A stretch of 64,000 bases of DNA from an uncultured Ignavibacteriales bacterium (GTDB taxonomy: Bacteria; Zixibacteria; MSB-5A5; GN15; JAAZOE01), in assembly GCA_964523575.1 (NCBI GenBank), contig CAZGAV010000012.1, positions 385 to 64,384 on the forward strand, written 5' to 3'. Below are positions 26,403 to 36,706 of this stretch, piece by piece. Both the position numbers and the translations under genes were made by a program. The stretch's first letter is position 1. The number at the start of each line of letters is the position of its first letter. Below the pieces are notes generated by a model. The model saw only the letters and a list, made by a program, of their open reading frames with translations, was not told where the DNA came from and searched no databases.

Positions 26403-28703
26403 ATGATTTTGGAGATCGTCTCATTAACCGAAAAACTGCGTAATTTCAAGGGCAAAGCCGGGACGCCGGTCAAAGGCGATAAACCGTTGGCCGCCTACAA
26501 TGGTCTGAAACCGAGCGAACTGCGGAAGATGTACCACTCCATGTTATTGGCCCGGCGGATCGAACGGGAGGAGAAGTTACTGCTCCGCAAGGGCTATTGC
26601 CGGTTTGTCATCGGCTGTGGCGGCAAAGAGTTGATCGACGTCGTCGGCGCTCATTACCTGAGACCCAATGATCCCTTCTTTGGTTATTACCGCAACAAGG
26701 CTTTCGACATGCACCGCGGCGCCTCTATCGCCGAGAAAATGATGGAGGCCATCGGCGATGTCCGGGGGCAGTCCACCGGAGGCATGATCCAGCCTTCGCA
26801 TTCGGCCTATCCCGAATTGGAAATTCTGCCGCAGGCCTCGCCGACCGGGTCTCACGCCTTGGAAGCCGCCGGGTTGGGTTGTGCCATTGTCAGTAAAGCG
26901 CCCCTGACCAAATACGCCGTCTATCCCAACGGACGGTATCCCAGAGATGCGGTGGTCTATGCCTCCATCGGCGAGGGATCGACGTCATCGCCGGAGTTCG
27001 GGCGAGCCGTTTTTTATTCGGTTTTCGACCATGCGCCCAATATCTATGCTATTTACAATTGCGGCTGGGCCATATCGGTTTCGGTCGAAGAGCAGTTCCC
27101 CGAAGGGAATCCGACGACGCCGTTCGAGGGCTTCCAGCGCTTCGGGTTGAAGATCATGAATTTCGATGGCACCGATATCAAGAAATCGTTGCCCAAAGTC
27201 CAGGAAGCGATCGAATATGCGCGTTCGGGGGCCGGTCCGATCCTGATGAACATACGGGTTACCCGGGAGGAATCGCATTCCGGGTCAGACGATCAATCGT
27301 TCTATATGGATCCCGACAAACAAAAATGGCATATCGAAAACGACTGCTCGCTCAAAACCGGAATGACCTTTATCAAAGACGGCATCATGAAGCCCGGACA
27401 GATCGGCGAAATGTGGGACGCCATCGATCAGGAAATCACTGAGGCCTCGGCCAAGGCGGTCGCCGATTTCCATCCCAAAACTTATGACAGCATCATGTCG
27501 AAAGTGCTGAGTTGTACTTTCGAGGATATCCAGAAAAGATGGGCCGATATCCTGGCCCACGCCAAAGTCGACCGCAAGGCCAAATTCGCCCAGTATGCCA
27601 AGAAGAAATATTATCCGAAAGCGGACCTGCCCGAGACGCTGGGACCGATGACGATGCGGGCGGCCATCAACTATTCACTTTTTGATATCCTTGAACATTC
27701 GGCCGAAGCCCTGATATTCGGGGAGGATGTCGCCGATTTTTCGGGAGAAATTCTGGAACACCCGGAAAAAATGAAGGACCTCAAGGGCAAGGGTGGCGTG
27801 TTTCTGGTGACCAAAAATCTTCAACGTCATTTCGGCCGGAACCGTTGTTTCAACACTCCCCTTGACGAGGCCGGAATTCTCGGCCGGGCCATTGGGCATG
27901 TCTATCAGGGCCGCCGGCCGATTCCCGAAATCCAGTTCATCGATTATATGTCGCCGGCTTATCAGGCGCTCAAGGATCGGATTTGCACCCTCCATCAGCG
28001 GTCCAACGGCCAGTGGACGTCGCATATGGTGATTCGTGTTTCCTATGGCGGTTACAAACAGGGCGCCGGCGCCTTCTGGCACAGCGAGGCCAATATCGGA
28101 ACCTTCATCAATATCCCCGGTCTGCACGTGGTGGTGCCTTCGAACGCTTATGACGCCGCCGGCCTTCTGCGCACCGCCTATGCCTGCAATGACCCGGTGC
28201 TTTTCTGCGAATCGGTGGCTCTCTATAACCGGCGCGACTGGGAAGGGGTGCCGGTCGAAACCGAATATCCGCCGCTTGACCTGCTGATACCCTTCGGGCA
28301 GGCCAAGGTCTATAATCCCGAGAATCGTGACGTGGCCGTTATCACCTATGGCGCGACCGTGCACATGGCCCGGAAATGCGCTGAAATCCTCAAGGAAAAA
28401 GGGATCGGGATGCAGGTCGTCGATTTACGGACGGTACGGCCGCTGGATGAGAAAGCCATTATCGAGGCCGCCAGGGAATGCGGGCGGGTGATCGTCTTGA
28501 CCGAAGATCGCATGATGGGCGGCGCCGCGCCAACCATCTCCGGCGTCATCACCTCCGGCGAAGCTCTTAATTATCTTGAAGCGCCCGTCAAGCTGGTCAC
28601 GGCGATTGACAGCCGCGTCGCCTACGGCGTTGACGGCGATGCCATCTGCCTGCCGACGACCGAAAAGATTTTGGCCGCTGTCGATGAAATTATGAATTAT
28701 TAG
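26403..28703 (+). CDS. Fused E1 alpha/beta subunit of a 2-oxoacid dehydrogenase (TPP-dependent)
   Basis: Alpha half has YYRN, the GEG-x26-NC TPP-motif variant and SHSGSDD. Beta half has FGEDV, GGVF, FNTPLDEAGI, EIQF.DY and VVDLRT.RPLD. Confidence 0.88.
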   Translation: MILEIVSLTEKLRNFKGKAGTPVKGDKPLAAYNGLKPSELRKMYHSMLLARRIEREEKLLLRKGYCRFVIGCGGKELIDVVGAHYLRPNDPFFGYYRNKAFDMHRGASIAEKMMEAIGDVRGQSTGGMIQPSHSAYPELEILPQASPTGSHALEAAGLGCAIVSKAPLTKYAVYPNGRYPRDAVVYASIGEGSTSSPEFGRAVFYSVFDHAPNIYAIYNCGWAISVSVEEQFPEGNPTTPFEGFQRFGLKIMNFDGTDIKKSLPKVQEAIEYARSGAGPILMNIRVTREESHSGSDDQSFYMDPDKQKWHIENDCSLKTGMTFIKDGIMKPGQIGEMWDAIDQEITEASAKAVADFHPKTYDSIMSKVLSCTFEDIQKRWADILAHAKVDRKAKFAQYAKKKYYPKADLPETLGPMTMRAAINYSLFDILEHSAEALIFGEDVADFSGEILEHPEKMKDLKGKGGVFLVTKNLQRHFGRNRCFNTPLDEAGILGRAIGHVYQGRRPIPEIQFIDYMSPAYQALKDRICTLHQRSNGQWTSHMVIRVSYGGYKQGAGAFWHSEANIGTFINIPGLHVVVPSNAYDAAGLLRTAYACNDPVLFCESVALYNRRDWEGVPVETEYPPLDLLIPFGQAKVYNPENRDVAVITYGATVHMARKCAEILKEKGIGMQVVDLRTVRPLDEKAIIEAARECGRVIVLTEDRMMGGAAPTISGVITSGEALNYLEAPVKLVTAIDSRVAYGVDGDAICLPTTEKILAAVDEIMNY

Positions 28704-28742
28704 GGCCGCCCCAAAACCGAAAACGGCTCGCCTCAGATTATA

Positions 28743-28776
28743 ACGCCCCGGGTAAAATTCCGGGGCGTCTCTTTTT
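28743..28776 (+). terminator. Probable intrinsic terminator
   Basis: acgccccgg-gtaaaatt-ccggggcgt followed by ctcttttt. Confidence 0.65.
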
Positions 28777-28817
28777 ATTTTAATTGCCGTCCCGATCGGC
28801 GTGTATAATATATCGAT

Positions 28818-29951
28818 ATGTTTCGAGCGATTATTTTTGCCCTGGCCGTAATTCTCGCCGGCCCTCCGGCCGGCTATTCGGCCGAACAGCCCGAAGCCGA
28901 GATCGTGACGCCCTATTTCGGGTTGTCGATGCCTGTTCCCGATACCATACCGCCTCTGACTATAGAAAACAGGAAGGAATTGAGGCTCCTGAATAAGGAA
29001 TTCATTGCGGTCATGGCCGTTGACGGCGGCGGGGAAGTGCGGAAGATCGAGTACGATTCGGTTATGGCCGAATACATAAAGCCGCTGATGAAGGATTTGA
29101 GGAAAATATCTTTTCATTTTACCGACGGGCATGCCCTTGATTATCCTCTGCAGGTTCCTTTCGAGATCAGATTTTCGGGGGTTCCCGGAGGCGGAAAAAA
29201 AGTGCGATTGAAATTTCCTCTGGCGCCGGACACTACCTCGGATGCAAGTTTACTGGATTCATATTTTGATCGAAACGATGTCGATCCGCCGGAAGTGATC
29301 GATATCCCGCCGATATTCTACAAAGTTGATCCTCAAAAAGACAATGCCGAATATTTGACGATTACGGCCCGTGTGTTTCTGGACGAAAAGGGCCAATTGC
29401 AGAATATAAGTTTCCCGATATCGGGGCAGGATATGATGACGCACGCGGTCCAGATGGGGCTGATGAACGCCCGCTATTCTCCGGCGCGGATCAGAGGTGA
29501 GCCGAAGGCCGCCGATTTTCTTCTGACTTTCCGCATTTTCGATAATCTCAAATATCCTTTTTCCCCCCTGCGCAAGGGCGATACGACTGAAATCGAGCCG
29601 ATCACCGCCGGCTATTTTATGATCCGCTATTTCAACCCACTTGATATGGCCATACCGGCGTTGCCGCGGACACATGGGAATGGCTATATCCATACGGCTC
29701 CGTTGGCTTATCGACGGACGGGAACGGCCGAGGTTGTTCTGCGCATTGACTCGGAAGGAAAAATAAAAGGTGTCTCGGTGGCCAGGGCCACTCAGAGGTT
29801 GACTGATATAATTGCACCGGTGATTAAGTTGATCGATTGGTATCCCGCCAAAGATCGAATGGGCCGGCCGGAACCGTTTGTGGGACGGATATTTCTGACG
29901 TTCGAGGCTTCGCCGAAAGTCGTATATAATGCCGAATGGCTGGCCCCATGA
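28818..29951 (+). CDS. Secreted protein with degenerate TonB C-terminal-like domains
   Basis: Signal peptide, then segments such as ARVFLDEKGQL..ARYSPARIRGEP..F...FRI and VVLRIDSEGKI..WYPAKDRMGRP..I...F. Confidence 0.55.
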   Translation: MFRAIIFALAVILAGPPAGYSAEQPEAEIVTPYFGLSMPVPDTIPPLTIENRKELRLLNKEFIAVMAVDGGGEVRKIEYDSVMAEYIKPLMKDLRKISFHFTDGHALDYPLQVPFEIRFSGVPGGGKKVRLKFPLAPDTTSDASLLDSYFDRNDVDPPEVIDIPPIFYKVDPQKDNAEYLTITARVFLDEKGQLQNISFPISGQDMMTHAVQMGLMNARYSPARIRGEPKAADFLLTFRIFDNLKYPFSPLRKGDTTEIEPITAGYFMIRYFNPLDMAIPALPRTHGNGYIHTAPLAYRRTGTAEVVLRIDSEGKIKGVSVARATQRLTDIIAPVIKLIDWYPAKDRMGRPEPFVGRIFLTFEASPKVVYNAEWLAP

Positions 29952-30211
29952 CGCAGATTATGCGTCTCATAAGACGTTACCCCACAATGCTATACGGCAG
30001 TGGATTGGATATTCTGAGGTCTTTGGGGAAAAATGGCCTGTCCCTACCCGGAATAACCGAGGAGACACCCATAACATATTGTATCGCAATTACTTATTTA
30101 ATGGAAAAGGAGTGTGCCGGCGGCATAAATTTTGTTTCTTTATGGAACCAGAGGCGCATATGGTGCATTATATTGGGAAGAAAACACGATTTGCGGATGT
30201 ATAAAATATAG

Positions 30212-30478
30212 ATGAAGAAAATAAATTTTCAGAACTACGTCAACCTGGTTTCCGCCCTGATCGTGTTCATCGGCGGCCTGATGATAATCTTCATGTATCC
30301 GGGCGGCTTATCCTCGGCCAGCCGGTTATTGATCGGGCTGATCGTGACGCTTTATTTCGCCTTCAGGATGACCCAAACGATCATGTCGATCAGACGTGAG
30401 CGACGACAGAGTGAAGGCGATTTGAAGGGGATAACTCAAGGCGGCAAAGATGGATACGAGGGCCCAAAAAGCCCTTGA
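30212..30478 (+). CDS. Small 2-TM hypothetical membrane protein
   Basis: Two hydrophobic helices and a basic tail. Confidence 0.55.
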   Translation: MKKINFQNYVNLVSALIVFIGGLMIIFMYPGGLSSASRLLIGLIVTLYFAFRMTQTIMSIRRERRQSEGDLKGITQGGKDGYEGPKSP

Positions 30479-30502
30479 CAACCCGGCTGTTTGTTGTATT
30501 AT
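30475..30502 (+). promoter_or_regulatory. sigma70-type promoter for the TPR-exbBD-tonB cluster
   Basis: TTGACA-N16-TATTAT with an extended -10 TG. Confidence 0.55.
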
Positions 30503-30545
30503 GGGAATCTTGATTTGATATGAAACGGAAAGGTTTAACGGACTC

Positions 30546-32357
30546 ATGATCGTTTCTCGAAAAATCATCACACTTTTTCTGATCCTGTCGGCGATGCTGG
30601 TTATCGGCGCCGCGACGGTTCGGGCTTCCGATTTCAATTATGATATGAAACCGGAGGTGCTCGATGCTCTCAATCGTCACGACACCACGCTGGCTCTGAC
30701 GATGATTAACGACGCTATCAAGCTCGACCCCGCCTATGCTCCCAATTATTTGCTTAAGGGAGAAATTTTTTACGCCCGGAAGCAATTGCCCGAGGCCCTG
30801 GCTCAGTTCCAGACGGCATTGGAGAAGAAAAGCAAACTTTATGAGGCGCTGTATTATTCGGGCCTGGTTTATCTCGATCAGGATGATCTGGAAAAAGCCG
30901 AGAAGGCGTTCAACCAGGGTCTGAAAAAAGCCAAGGATGAATTGGCTTTGTTTCACAACGGCATGGGCCTGTTGCTTCTCAAGAAGAAAGAATACACTAA
31001 GGCTGACGTCGAATTCCGCAAGGCCAGCAGTATCGGGCCGGACCGCGCCGAATATCACGCTAATCTTGGCGACGCCAATTATTTCGCTCAATCCTACCCC
31101 CTGGCGATTAATGAATATAACAATGTCCTCACAATGGACACGACCTACCTTGACGTCTATTTCCGTCTGGCGCGCGCCTATGTCGCCCAGGGCCAGTACA
31201 ACGACGCCCTCAACCAGCTTCGGGTGGTGTTGATCCGCGATAGCCTGTATACACAGGCCTGGAATGAGATCGGGCGCCTCTATACCATGGCCGGACTTTC
31301 GGCCACTGATCGCGATACCAAGGTACAACGGTTTACTGAGGCGATCGGGTCCTATAAGAAATATCTGGAACTCTCCCACGATACGACCGACGGTGAGGTC
31401 TATTTCAATATCGGGCGTTCCTATTTCAATCTGGGCGCTTTTCCGGAATCCGACTCGGCTTTCGAACGGGTTCTGACCATCGGCGACGTGCCCAAAAATA
31501 TTTATCTTTATCTGGGCCGCGGCTATATCGCCGAGGGCGAGTTCGAGAAGGGGATTGAAGACCTCAACAAGCATCTGGCCTGGATGAAAGAGCAGGACCC
31601 GGACTGGAAGCCGGGCGCGACCGAAGCCGATATTTTCCGTCGTATAGGCGACGGTTATAAAGCCGAGCAGAATTGGGCCAGCGCCGCCGAGAATTACGCG
31701 AAGGCCGCGGAACTGGCCCCGGACGATCCCCGGATCGTGGTCGAGGCGGCTGTAGCTTATCATCAGTTACAGGATTTCCCGAAGGCCCTCGAGTATTATC
31801 AAAAACGAATATCTCTCGGTCCCGACAGCTGGAATATTTACATGAATGCCGCCTATTGCACCATCCATATGGAAGACTGGGAAAAATCGGTGGAATACCT
31901 CAAGAAAGTGGTCGAGCTGGATTCGACCAAAGTGAAGGCTTATTCTCTGCTGTCGGATGCCTATATGCTCCGTCTGCAGGATTGCGAAAACGGCGTCAAA
32001 TGGACCAAGAAATGGCTGGAACTCGATTCGACCAGTTGCGACGCCATGAAGACGCTTGGTTTCGGTTATTTCGGCGGTGTGTGTCCGGCGGATTATATGG
32101 CCGCCATCAGCTATTTCAAGAGGGCTTTGAACTGTTACAAAGCGGCCGGGACCAGCGAATGCGGCAACGAGGATCTTATCGTTTATATTGCGCAGGCTTA
32201 TCACCTCTATGCCGCCGATCTTCTGGAACATGACAAGAAACAGGAATCGAAGGAGTATTTCAAGGACGCCTTCGACTGGTACAATAAATGTTTGAAATGC
32301 AACCCGGGTAACGCTGATTGCAAAAAGGGCGTGAGCGATACCGAGTTTGAATTCTAA
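30546..32357 (+). CDS. Large periplasmic tetratricopeptide repeat protein
   Basis: Signal peptide, many TPRs (YHANLGDANY, VYFNIGRSY, IFRRIGDGY) and a Cys-rich C-terminus. Confidence 0.85.
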   Translation: MIVSRKIITLFLILSAMLVIGAATVRASDFNYDMKPEVLDALNRHDTTLALTMINDAIKLDPAYAPNYLLKGEIFYARKQLPEALAQFQTALEKKSKLYEALYYSGLVYLDQDDLEKAEKAFNQGLKKAKDELALFHNGMGLLLLKKKEYTKADVEFRKASSIGPDRAEYHANLGDANYFAQSYPLAINEYNNVLTMDTTYLDVYFRLARAYVAQGQYNDALNQLRVVLIRDSLYTQAWNEIGRLYTMAGLSATDRDTKVQRFTEAIGSYKKYLELSHDTTDGEVYFNIGRSYFNLGAFPESDSAFERVLTIGDVPKNIYLYLGRGYIAEGEFEKGIEDLNKHLAWMKEQDPDWKPGATEADIFRRIGDGYKAEQNWASAAENYAKAAELAPDDPRIVVEAAVAYHQLQDFPKALEYYQKRISLGPDSWNIYMNAAYCTIHMEDWEKSVEYLKKVVELDSTKVKAYSLLSDAYMLRLQDCENGVKWTKKWLELDSTSCDAMKTLGFGYFGGVCPADYMAAISYFKRALNCYKAAGTSECGNEDLIVYIAQAYHLYAADLLEHDKKQESKEYFKDAFDWYNKCLKCNPGNADCKKGVSDTEFEF

Positions 32358-32402
32358 GGCGGGAGCTCAAATTTAGCGACCGGGTAAGGTACGGGAGAAT
32401 AT

Positions 32403-33791
32403 ATGGCCGACGATGAGAAAAATAAAAAGTCGACTGGTCCATCCGAGGAACGCTTCAAATACATCGGTTTTGACGTGTTTCCCGGCAAAGCCGGAAACAT
32501 GTTCAAATCGGATGAGGAACGGAAGACCTGGGTGGAAAAGGTCCGGGCTAAATTATCGCGCAGTCAGGGCGAGGTGCGGGACCGTTGCACTCTGATGGAA
32601 ACACGCGTTTCCTCGGTGGAAAAGATCTTTTTAACGCTGGCGGCGGTGGTCATGCTGGCCGGCCTGTTCATCCCGTGGTTTTCGGGATATATACCGGTTT
32701 CCTATTCCGAACTCGGGTCCTTTGGCGATTATTCGTTCTTTTACGCCTCCCGGGTCGACGAGAGAGGTATCAGGGATTTATCCAATGCCCTGATCACGAA
32801 ACAGGAAAAACGTTACGCCGCCGACCGGGCGGCGGAAAATGCGGCCCCGGTGCCGCCCTTGACCAATGATGCCGTTCCGATTGACAGTGCCACTGTTGCG
32901 GAACAGGTCGCGACGGCCGACACTGTCGTCAAAACGAACGAGGAAGAGGCGGCGCAGGGCCAGATGCCCCAGGAATCAGCCGGCGGCGGGGAACCTGAGA
33001 GAGTTCCGGTGCCGGAGGCGATTAATGTCATTTTCGTCAATACTCCCGATATCGATCAAATTCACGGCGTTGATGATTTGAGGAAACATGTCGTGGCGGC
33101 GTTCAGCTATAACGCCCGCACCAAACGGGAAGACCTGGTGCATGGGAGCGACGGGGTGATGGGGATACTTCCCGATCAGATGCTGTTGAAGGCCCGGTCG
33201 GACGATTCCATAGCAACGGCGGTCACCGATTCCATGAGGGCGGCGGCGGCCAAGCGAATCGCCGCCGGCGACAGCACCATCAGTCTCGATTCGATCGCTT
33301 TCGCCGGGCCGATTCTGGTCAGCGATAAAGCGGTGCCCGAACTGGCGCTCAAGGGTATCGTCAACGACAATTACTCCGTCACCGGCATCGGCGCCCTGCT
33401 GTCTTTCGGCGCCTACAGCTCCCGAATTTTTTCCAGCGGGCTGGTGCTGGTTATCTCCGGTATTTTTCTGATCGTCTATTTCCTGTCATGTGTGGTTATC
33501 GCGATCCTCGACCTCTACCTGTTATACGGGGGCGGGAAGAAGGGGACGCCGGAGGCGCAGATATTATACCTGAAACGTATGCTCCGTTACAACTGGGTGC
33601 CGGTCATTCTCTGGCTGGGCATGTTTGTACTGTCGTTTTTCGGGGCTTCCTACGGCTTTGATCCTTCGGGCTTGCTGCAACAGGTGGGCGATTCCTATGG
33701 AATCGGGACCTTCATCGGCCTGTCGTCATTTGGAATGTATATTACCCTGGGCGCTTTTCTGATTGTGGCGCTGAAGGGGAAAGAGATATAA
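32403..33791 (+). CDS. Hypothetical membrane protein with large extracytoplasmic loop
   Basis: One N-proximal TM, an acidic low-complexity linker and about 4 C-terminal TMs. It lies immediately upstream of exbB. Confidence 0.7.
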   Translation: MADDEKNKKSTGPSEERFKYIGFDVFPGKAGNMFKSDEERKTWVEKVRAKLSRSQGEVRDRCTLMETRVSSVEKIFLTLAAVVMLAGLFIPWFSGYIPVSYSELGSFGDYSFFYASRVDERGIRDLSNALITKQEKRYAADRAAENAAPVPPLTNDAVPIDSATVAEQVATADTVVKTNEEEAAQGQMPQESAGGGEPERVPVPEAINVIFVNTPDIDQIHGVDDLRKHVVAAFSYNARTKREDLVHGSDGVMGILPDQMLLKARSDDSIATAVTDSMRAAAAKRIAAGDSTISLDSIAFAGPILVSDKAVPELALKGIVNDNYSVTGIGALLSFGAYSSRIFSSGLVLVISGIFLIVYFLSCVVIAILDLYLLYGGGKKGTPEAQILYLKRMLRYNWVPVILWLGMFVLSFFGASYGFDPSGLLQQVGDSYGIGTFIGLSSFGMYITLGAFLIVALKGKEI

Positions 33792-33840
33792 AGATTCGAG
33801 AAGCGAAACGAAATTCACATAGAGTGGAGGAATAGTAAAG

Positions 33841-34599
33841 GTGAAACAGACAATCTTCGTAACTCTGAACGCGTTGATTTCCTTTGCCATCGGTTATGTC
33901 ACATGGGGAATCATCTTGAAGAATACTGAAGAGGGCACTCTGCCCCATTCGATTTACCAGGGCGGGCCTCTGGTCGTCCTGCTGATCATGATTCTGCTGA
34001 TGCTTATGTCTTTCGTGGTGGAACGGTTCCTGTCCCTGCGCGTCGCCAAGGGCAAAAGTTCCGTCCAGGTGTTCTTCAAGAACCTGATCGGCCATCTTCA
34101 GAACAACGATTTCGAGTCGGCGCTGGCGGCCTGCGACAAGCAGCGCGGCACGACGGCCAACGTTCTTCGGGCCGGTATTGAGCGATACATGCGCGTCAAA
34201 GACGATAACACCATGGAATCCGAGAAGAAGATGGCCGCGACACAGGCGGCTATCGAAGAAGCCAACGCGCTGGAAGGCCCGCTTCTGGAGCGCAACCTGA
34301 TCGCCATGTCAACGATCGCCTCGATCGCCACCATGGTCGGTCTGCTGGGTACGACCATCGGTATGATCCGCGCCTTTGCGGCCACCGGCCATGCCTCCGG
34401 CGGTGTTATCGATGCCACTCAGCTGGCGACCGGTATTTCCGAAGCGCTGGTTAACACCGCCGGCGGTTTGACTTCCGGTATTCTCGGTATTTTCTTCTAT
34501 AACTATTTTGTCAACAAAGTTGACTCTTTCAACTACACGACCGATGAGGCTACCTACGAGGTGCTTCAGTTGTTGAAAGCCAAGGAGGCGGCGAGTTAA
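33841..34599 (+). CDS. exbB: MotA/TolQ/ExbB proton channel protein
   Basis: IATMVGLLGTTIGMIRAF and GISEALVNTAGGL. Confidence 0.92.
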   Translation: MKQTIFVTLNALISFAIGYVTWGIILKNTEEGTLPHSIYQGGPLVVLLIMILLMLMSFVVERFLSLRVAKGKSSVQVFFKNLIGHLQNNDFESALAACDKQRGTTANVLRAGIERYMRVKDDNTMESEKKMAATQAAIEEANALEGPLLERNLIAMSTIASIATMVGLLGTTIGMIRAFAATGHASGGVIDATQLATGISEALVNTAGGLTSGILGIFFYNYFVNKVDSFNYTTDEATYEVLQLLKAKEAAS

Positions 34600-35070
34600 A
34601 TGAAGATTAAAAAGAAAAGGCGCCTCAGCATCAAGATCGATATGACCCCGATGGTGGATATCGCCTTTCTTCTCCTGATCTTTTATATGACGACGACTCA
34701 GTTCAAACCGCCGGAGAAGAAGAAGGTCGATTTGCCGACGTCGCATTCGCAGGTTTCCCTGCCGGATAAGGATGTCATCAACGTCACGGTGACGGCCGAC
34801 GATTCCATCTTCGTCGATTATATCGTCAAAAAAACGGTTAATATCGACGGCCGCGATATCACGATGCCGGTGCGTATGTATGACGAGGCGACTACTGGCA
34901 CGGTCGGCGCCCTGATTAACTCGGCCCGAATTCGCAGTCCCCGGGCCTTTCTGGTGATCAAAGCCGACAAGCAATCGAGTTACGGGGTGATGGAAGGGAT
35001 AATGAAAACCCTTCAGGAACAACATCTCTCCCGTTTCCAGATAATCACGCTGAGTGAACAAGAGACTTAA
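34600..35070 (+). CDS. exbD: ExbD/TolR family protein 1
   Basis: IDMTPMVDIAFLLLIF (conserved Asp) and IKADK..SYG. Confidence 0.9.
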   Translation: MKIKKKRRLSIKIDMTPMVDIAFLLLIFYMTTTQFKPPEKKKVDLPTSHSQVSLPDKDVINVTVTADDSIFVDYIVKKTVNIDGRDITMPVRMYDEATTGTVGALINSARIRSPRAFLVIKADKQSSYGVMEGIMKTLQEQHLSRFQIITLSEQET

Positions 35071-35091
35071 CGTTTAAGGTGGTGATTTAAC

Positions 35092-35718
35092 ATGGCTGGT
35101 GCCGATGTAAGTGCAGACAGGCCAAAAGGCGGAAAGAAACAAGGCCTGCGCCGTCCCAAAAGGCGGCTCTCTGTCCGAATCGATATGACTCCGATGGTCG
35201 ATATCGCGTTTCTCCTGCTTATTTTCTATATGGTAACGACGGTTTTTTCGATGCCGCAGGCGATGGAAGTCAACCTGCCGCCGGCGTCTGAGGAAGAAAC
35301 TCAGATCAAAGTCAAAGACAGCAATCTTCTGACCATTCATGTCGACGGAAAAAACCAATTCTACTGGAATATCGGGCGCGAGTTGCCGGTGCCGATGAAA
35401 GCCGATTCCCTTCGAACCCTCATGGTCGACCAGAACAAGGCCAATCCCAAATTGAGCACGCTCCTTATCATCAACAAGGAAGCCCGTTATAAAACCATGG
35501 TTGACATCCTCGACGAGATCGATCTCATAGAACGTTCCTTCAATAACGCCACGGCCAAGGAACTGGGCGTCACTCTGAAAGATTTCAACGATCCCGATAA
35601 TGAGCGGTACGAGGAATTTAAGGCCAAGAAGTTTTCCTACCGCTATGCCATGTCACCCTGGGAAGACCGCGATTCGAGAATTATCGAAAAGGTCCTCTCA
35701 TTGCATGGGGGTGAATAG
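35092..35718 (+). CDS. exbD: ExbD/TolR family protein 2
   Basis: IDMTPMVDIAFLLLIF and ARYKTMVDILDE. Confidence 0.9.
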   Translation: MAGADVSADRPKGGKKQGLRRPKRRLSVRIDMTPMVDIAFLLLIFYMVTTVFSMPQAMEVNLPPASEEETQIKVKDSNLLTIHVDGKNQFYWNIGRELPVPMKADSLRTLMVDQNKANPKLSTLLIINKEARYKTMVDILDEIDLIERSFNNATAKELGVTLKDFNDPDNERYEEFKAKKFSYRYAMSPWEDRDSRIIEKVLSLHGGE

Positions 35719-35720
35719 CT

Positions 35721-36446
35721 ATGGCCCAATCTGCAAGCACCTATTACGGCGCGTTTGAATTAAAACGCAGGTACCAGCGCAATATGTTGCTGGGTACCGG
35801 TTTTTCGGCGGCCTTGACGGCTTTGGTTATCCTCTCGATATGGATTTACAATATTATCACCTATGAGGATATGGAAGTCAGAAACGTCGTCCGGATCAAA
35901 ACCATCGCTGAACTGGGCGCGCCGCCTTCGCTGGCGGCTAAACCGCCCCAGGTCAGCATCGACAAGCCGAATGTCGCCCCACCCAAGGTCGGTATTCCGA
36001 CGGCGGTGGCCGACGATGAGGTCGTCGATGAGGATATCGTTATCGCCTCCCGGGAAGAACTCCAGGAGATCAATGCTCCGGTGCTGTCCGGCGCCGGAAA
36101 CGGTTCCAATACGGAACTGATTATCGATATCCCCGATGAAGACTATATGCCTTCGCCCGACGAATTCGTTCCGGTGGAAGAATACCCCGTACAGATTTCC
36201 GAGGAAATTCCGGAGTACCCTCGTCTGGCGCAGGAAGGCGGATTCACCGGATCGGTGATTGTCCAGGCCTATGTTGACAAAAACGGCGACGTCAAGAAGG
36301 CTCAGGCGGTAAAATGTACTCGGCCCAATATGGGCTTTGAGGAATCCGCGGTCAAAGCGGCCTACAAAAACAAATATCGCCCGGCCATCCAGAACGGCAA
36401 TCCCATCGGCCTCTGGATCGAGTATAAAATCGACTTTACGCTCTAA
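35721..36446 (+). CDS. tonB: Energy transducer TonB 1
   Basis: YGAFELKRRY N-terminus, a TM, a Pro/acidic linker, and TonB_C (PEYP..A..G.V.V...VDKNG..FEESAVKA..YRPAIQNG). Confidence 0.9.
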   Translation: MAQSASTYYGAFELKRRYQRNMLLGTGFSAALTALVILSIWIYNIITYEDMEVRNVVRIKTIAELGAPPSLAAKPPQVSIDKPNVAPPKVGIPTAVADDEVVDEDIVIASREELQEINAPVLSGAGNGSNTELIIDIPDEDYMPSPDEFVPVEEYPVQISEEIPEYPRLAQEGGFTGSVIVQAYVDKNGDVKKAQAVKCTRPNMGFEESAVKAAYKNKYRPAIQNGNPIGLWIEYKIDFTL

Positions 36447-36624
36447 TCGCCGAAATGAAATGCGGGGGAAGATAGAGCAATCTTCCCCCGGCAAATTCGT
36501 TATACCCCTCCGGGGCGGCCGCCCGTCCCGTTGACGTCACATCCCTCACGTCCCTCACGTCCGCGCAGCGCTACTTACCGGTAGTCCGTACACCGGAACG
36601 AGAAAACGGTGTGGCGGCCTTCCG

Positions 36625-36706
36625 TCCGAGAGAAAAGGCGTTAACCGGTCAGCCTTCGGCTTCGAAGCCGGCGGCCGACCAAGACAGCCTTTGAACGGAG
36701 GGAAAA
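36625..36706 (+). promoter_or_regulatory. Structured 5' leader A (homologous to 37733-37804)
   Basis: Starts tccgagagaaaaggc. aaaggc pairs with gccttt (36687-36692) around an inner ggtc/gacc and cggct/agccg stem, ending 4 nt before the ggaggg SD. Confidence 0.5.

Noticed and set aside
29936-30211. 91-aa ORF
   Set aside because: AT-rich, no SD or domain, overlaps the upstream gene end. More likely intergenic or promoter DNA.
36543-36563. Tandem tccctcacg repeat as a CRISPR or VNTR remnant
   Set aside because: Only about 2 copies of 9 bp, no spacers and no cas genes.
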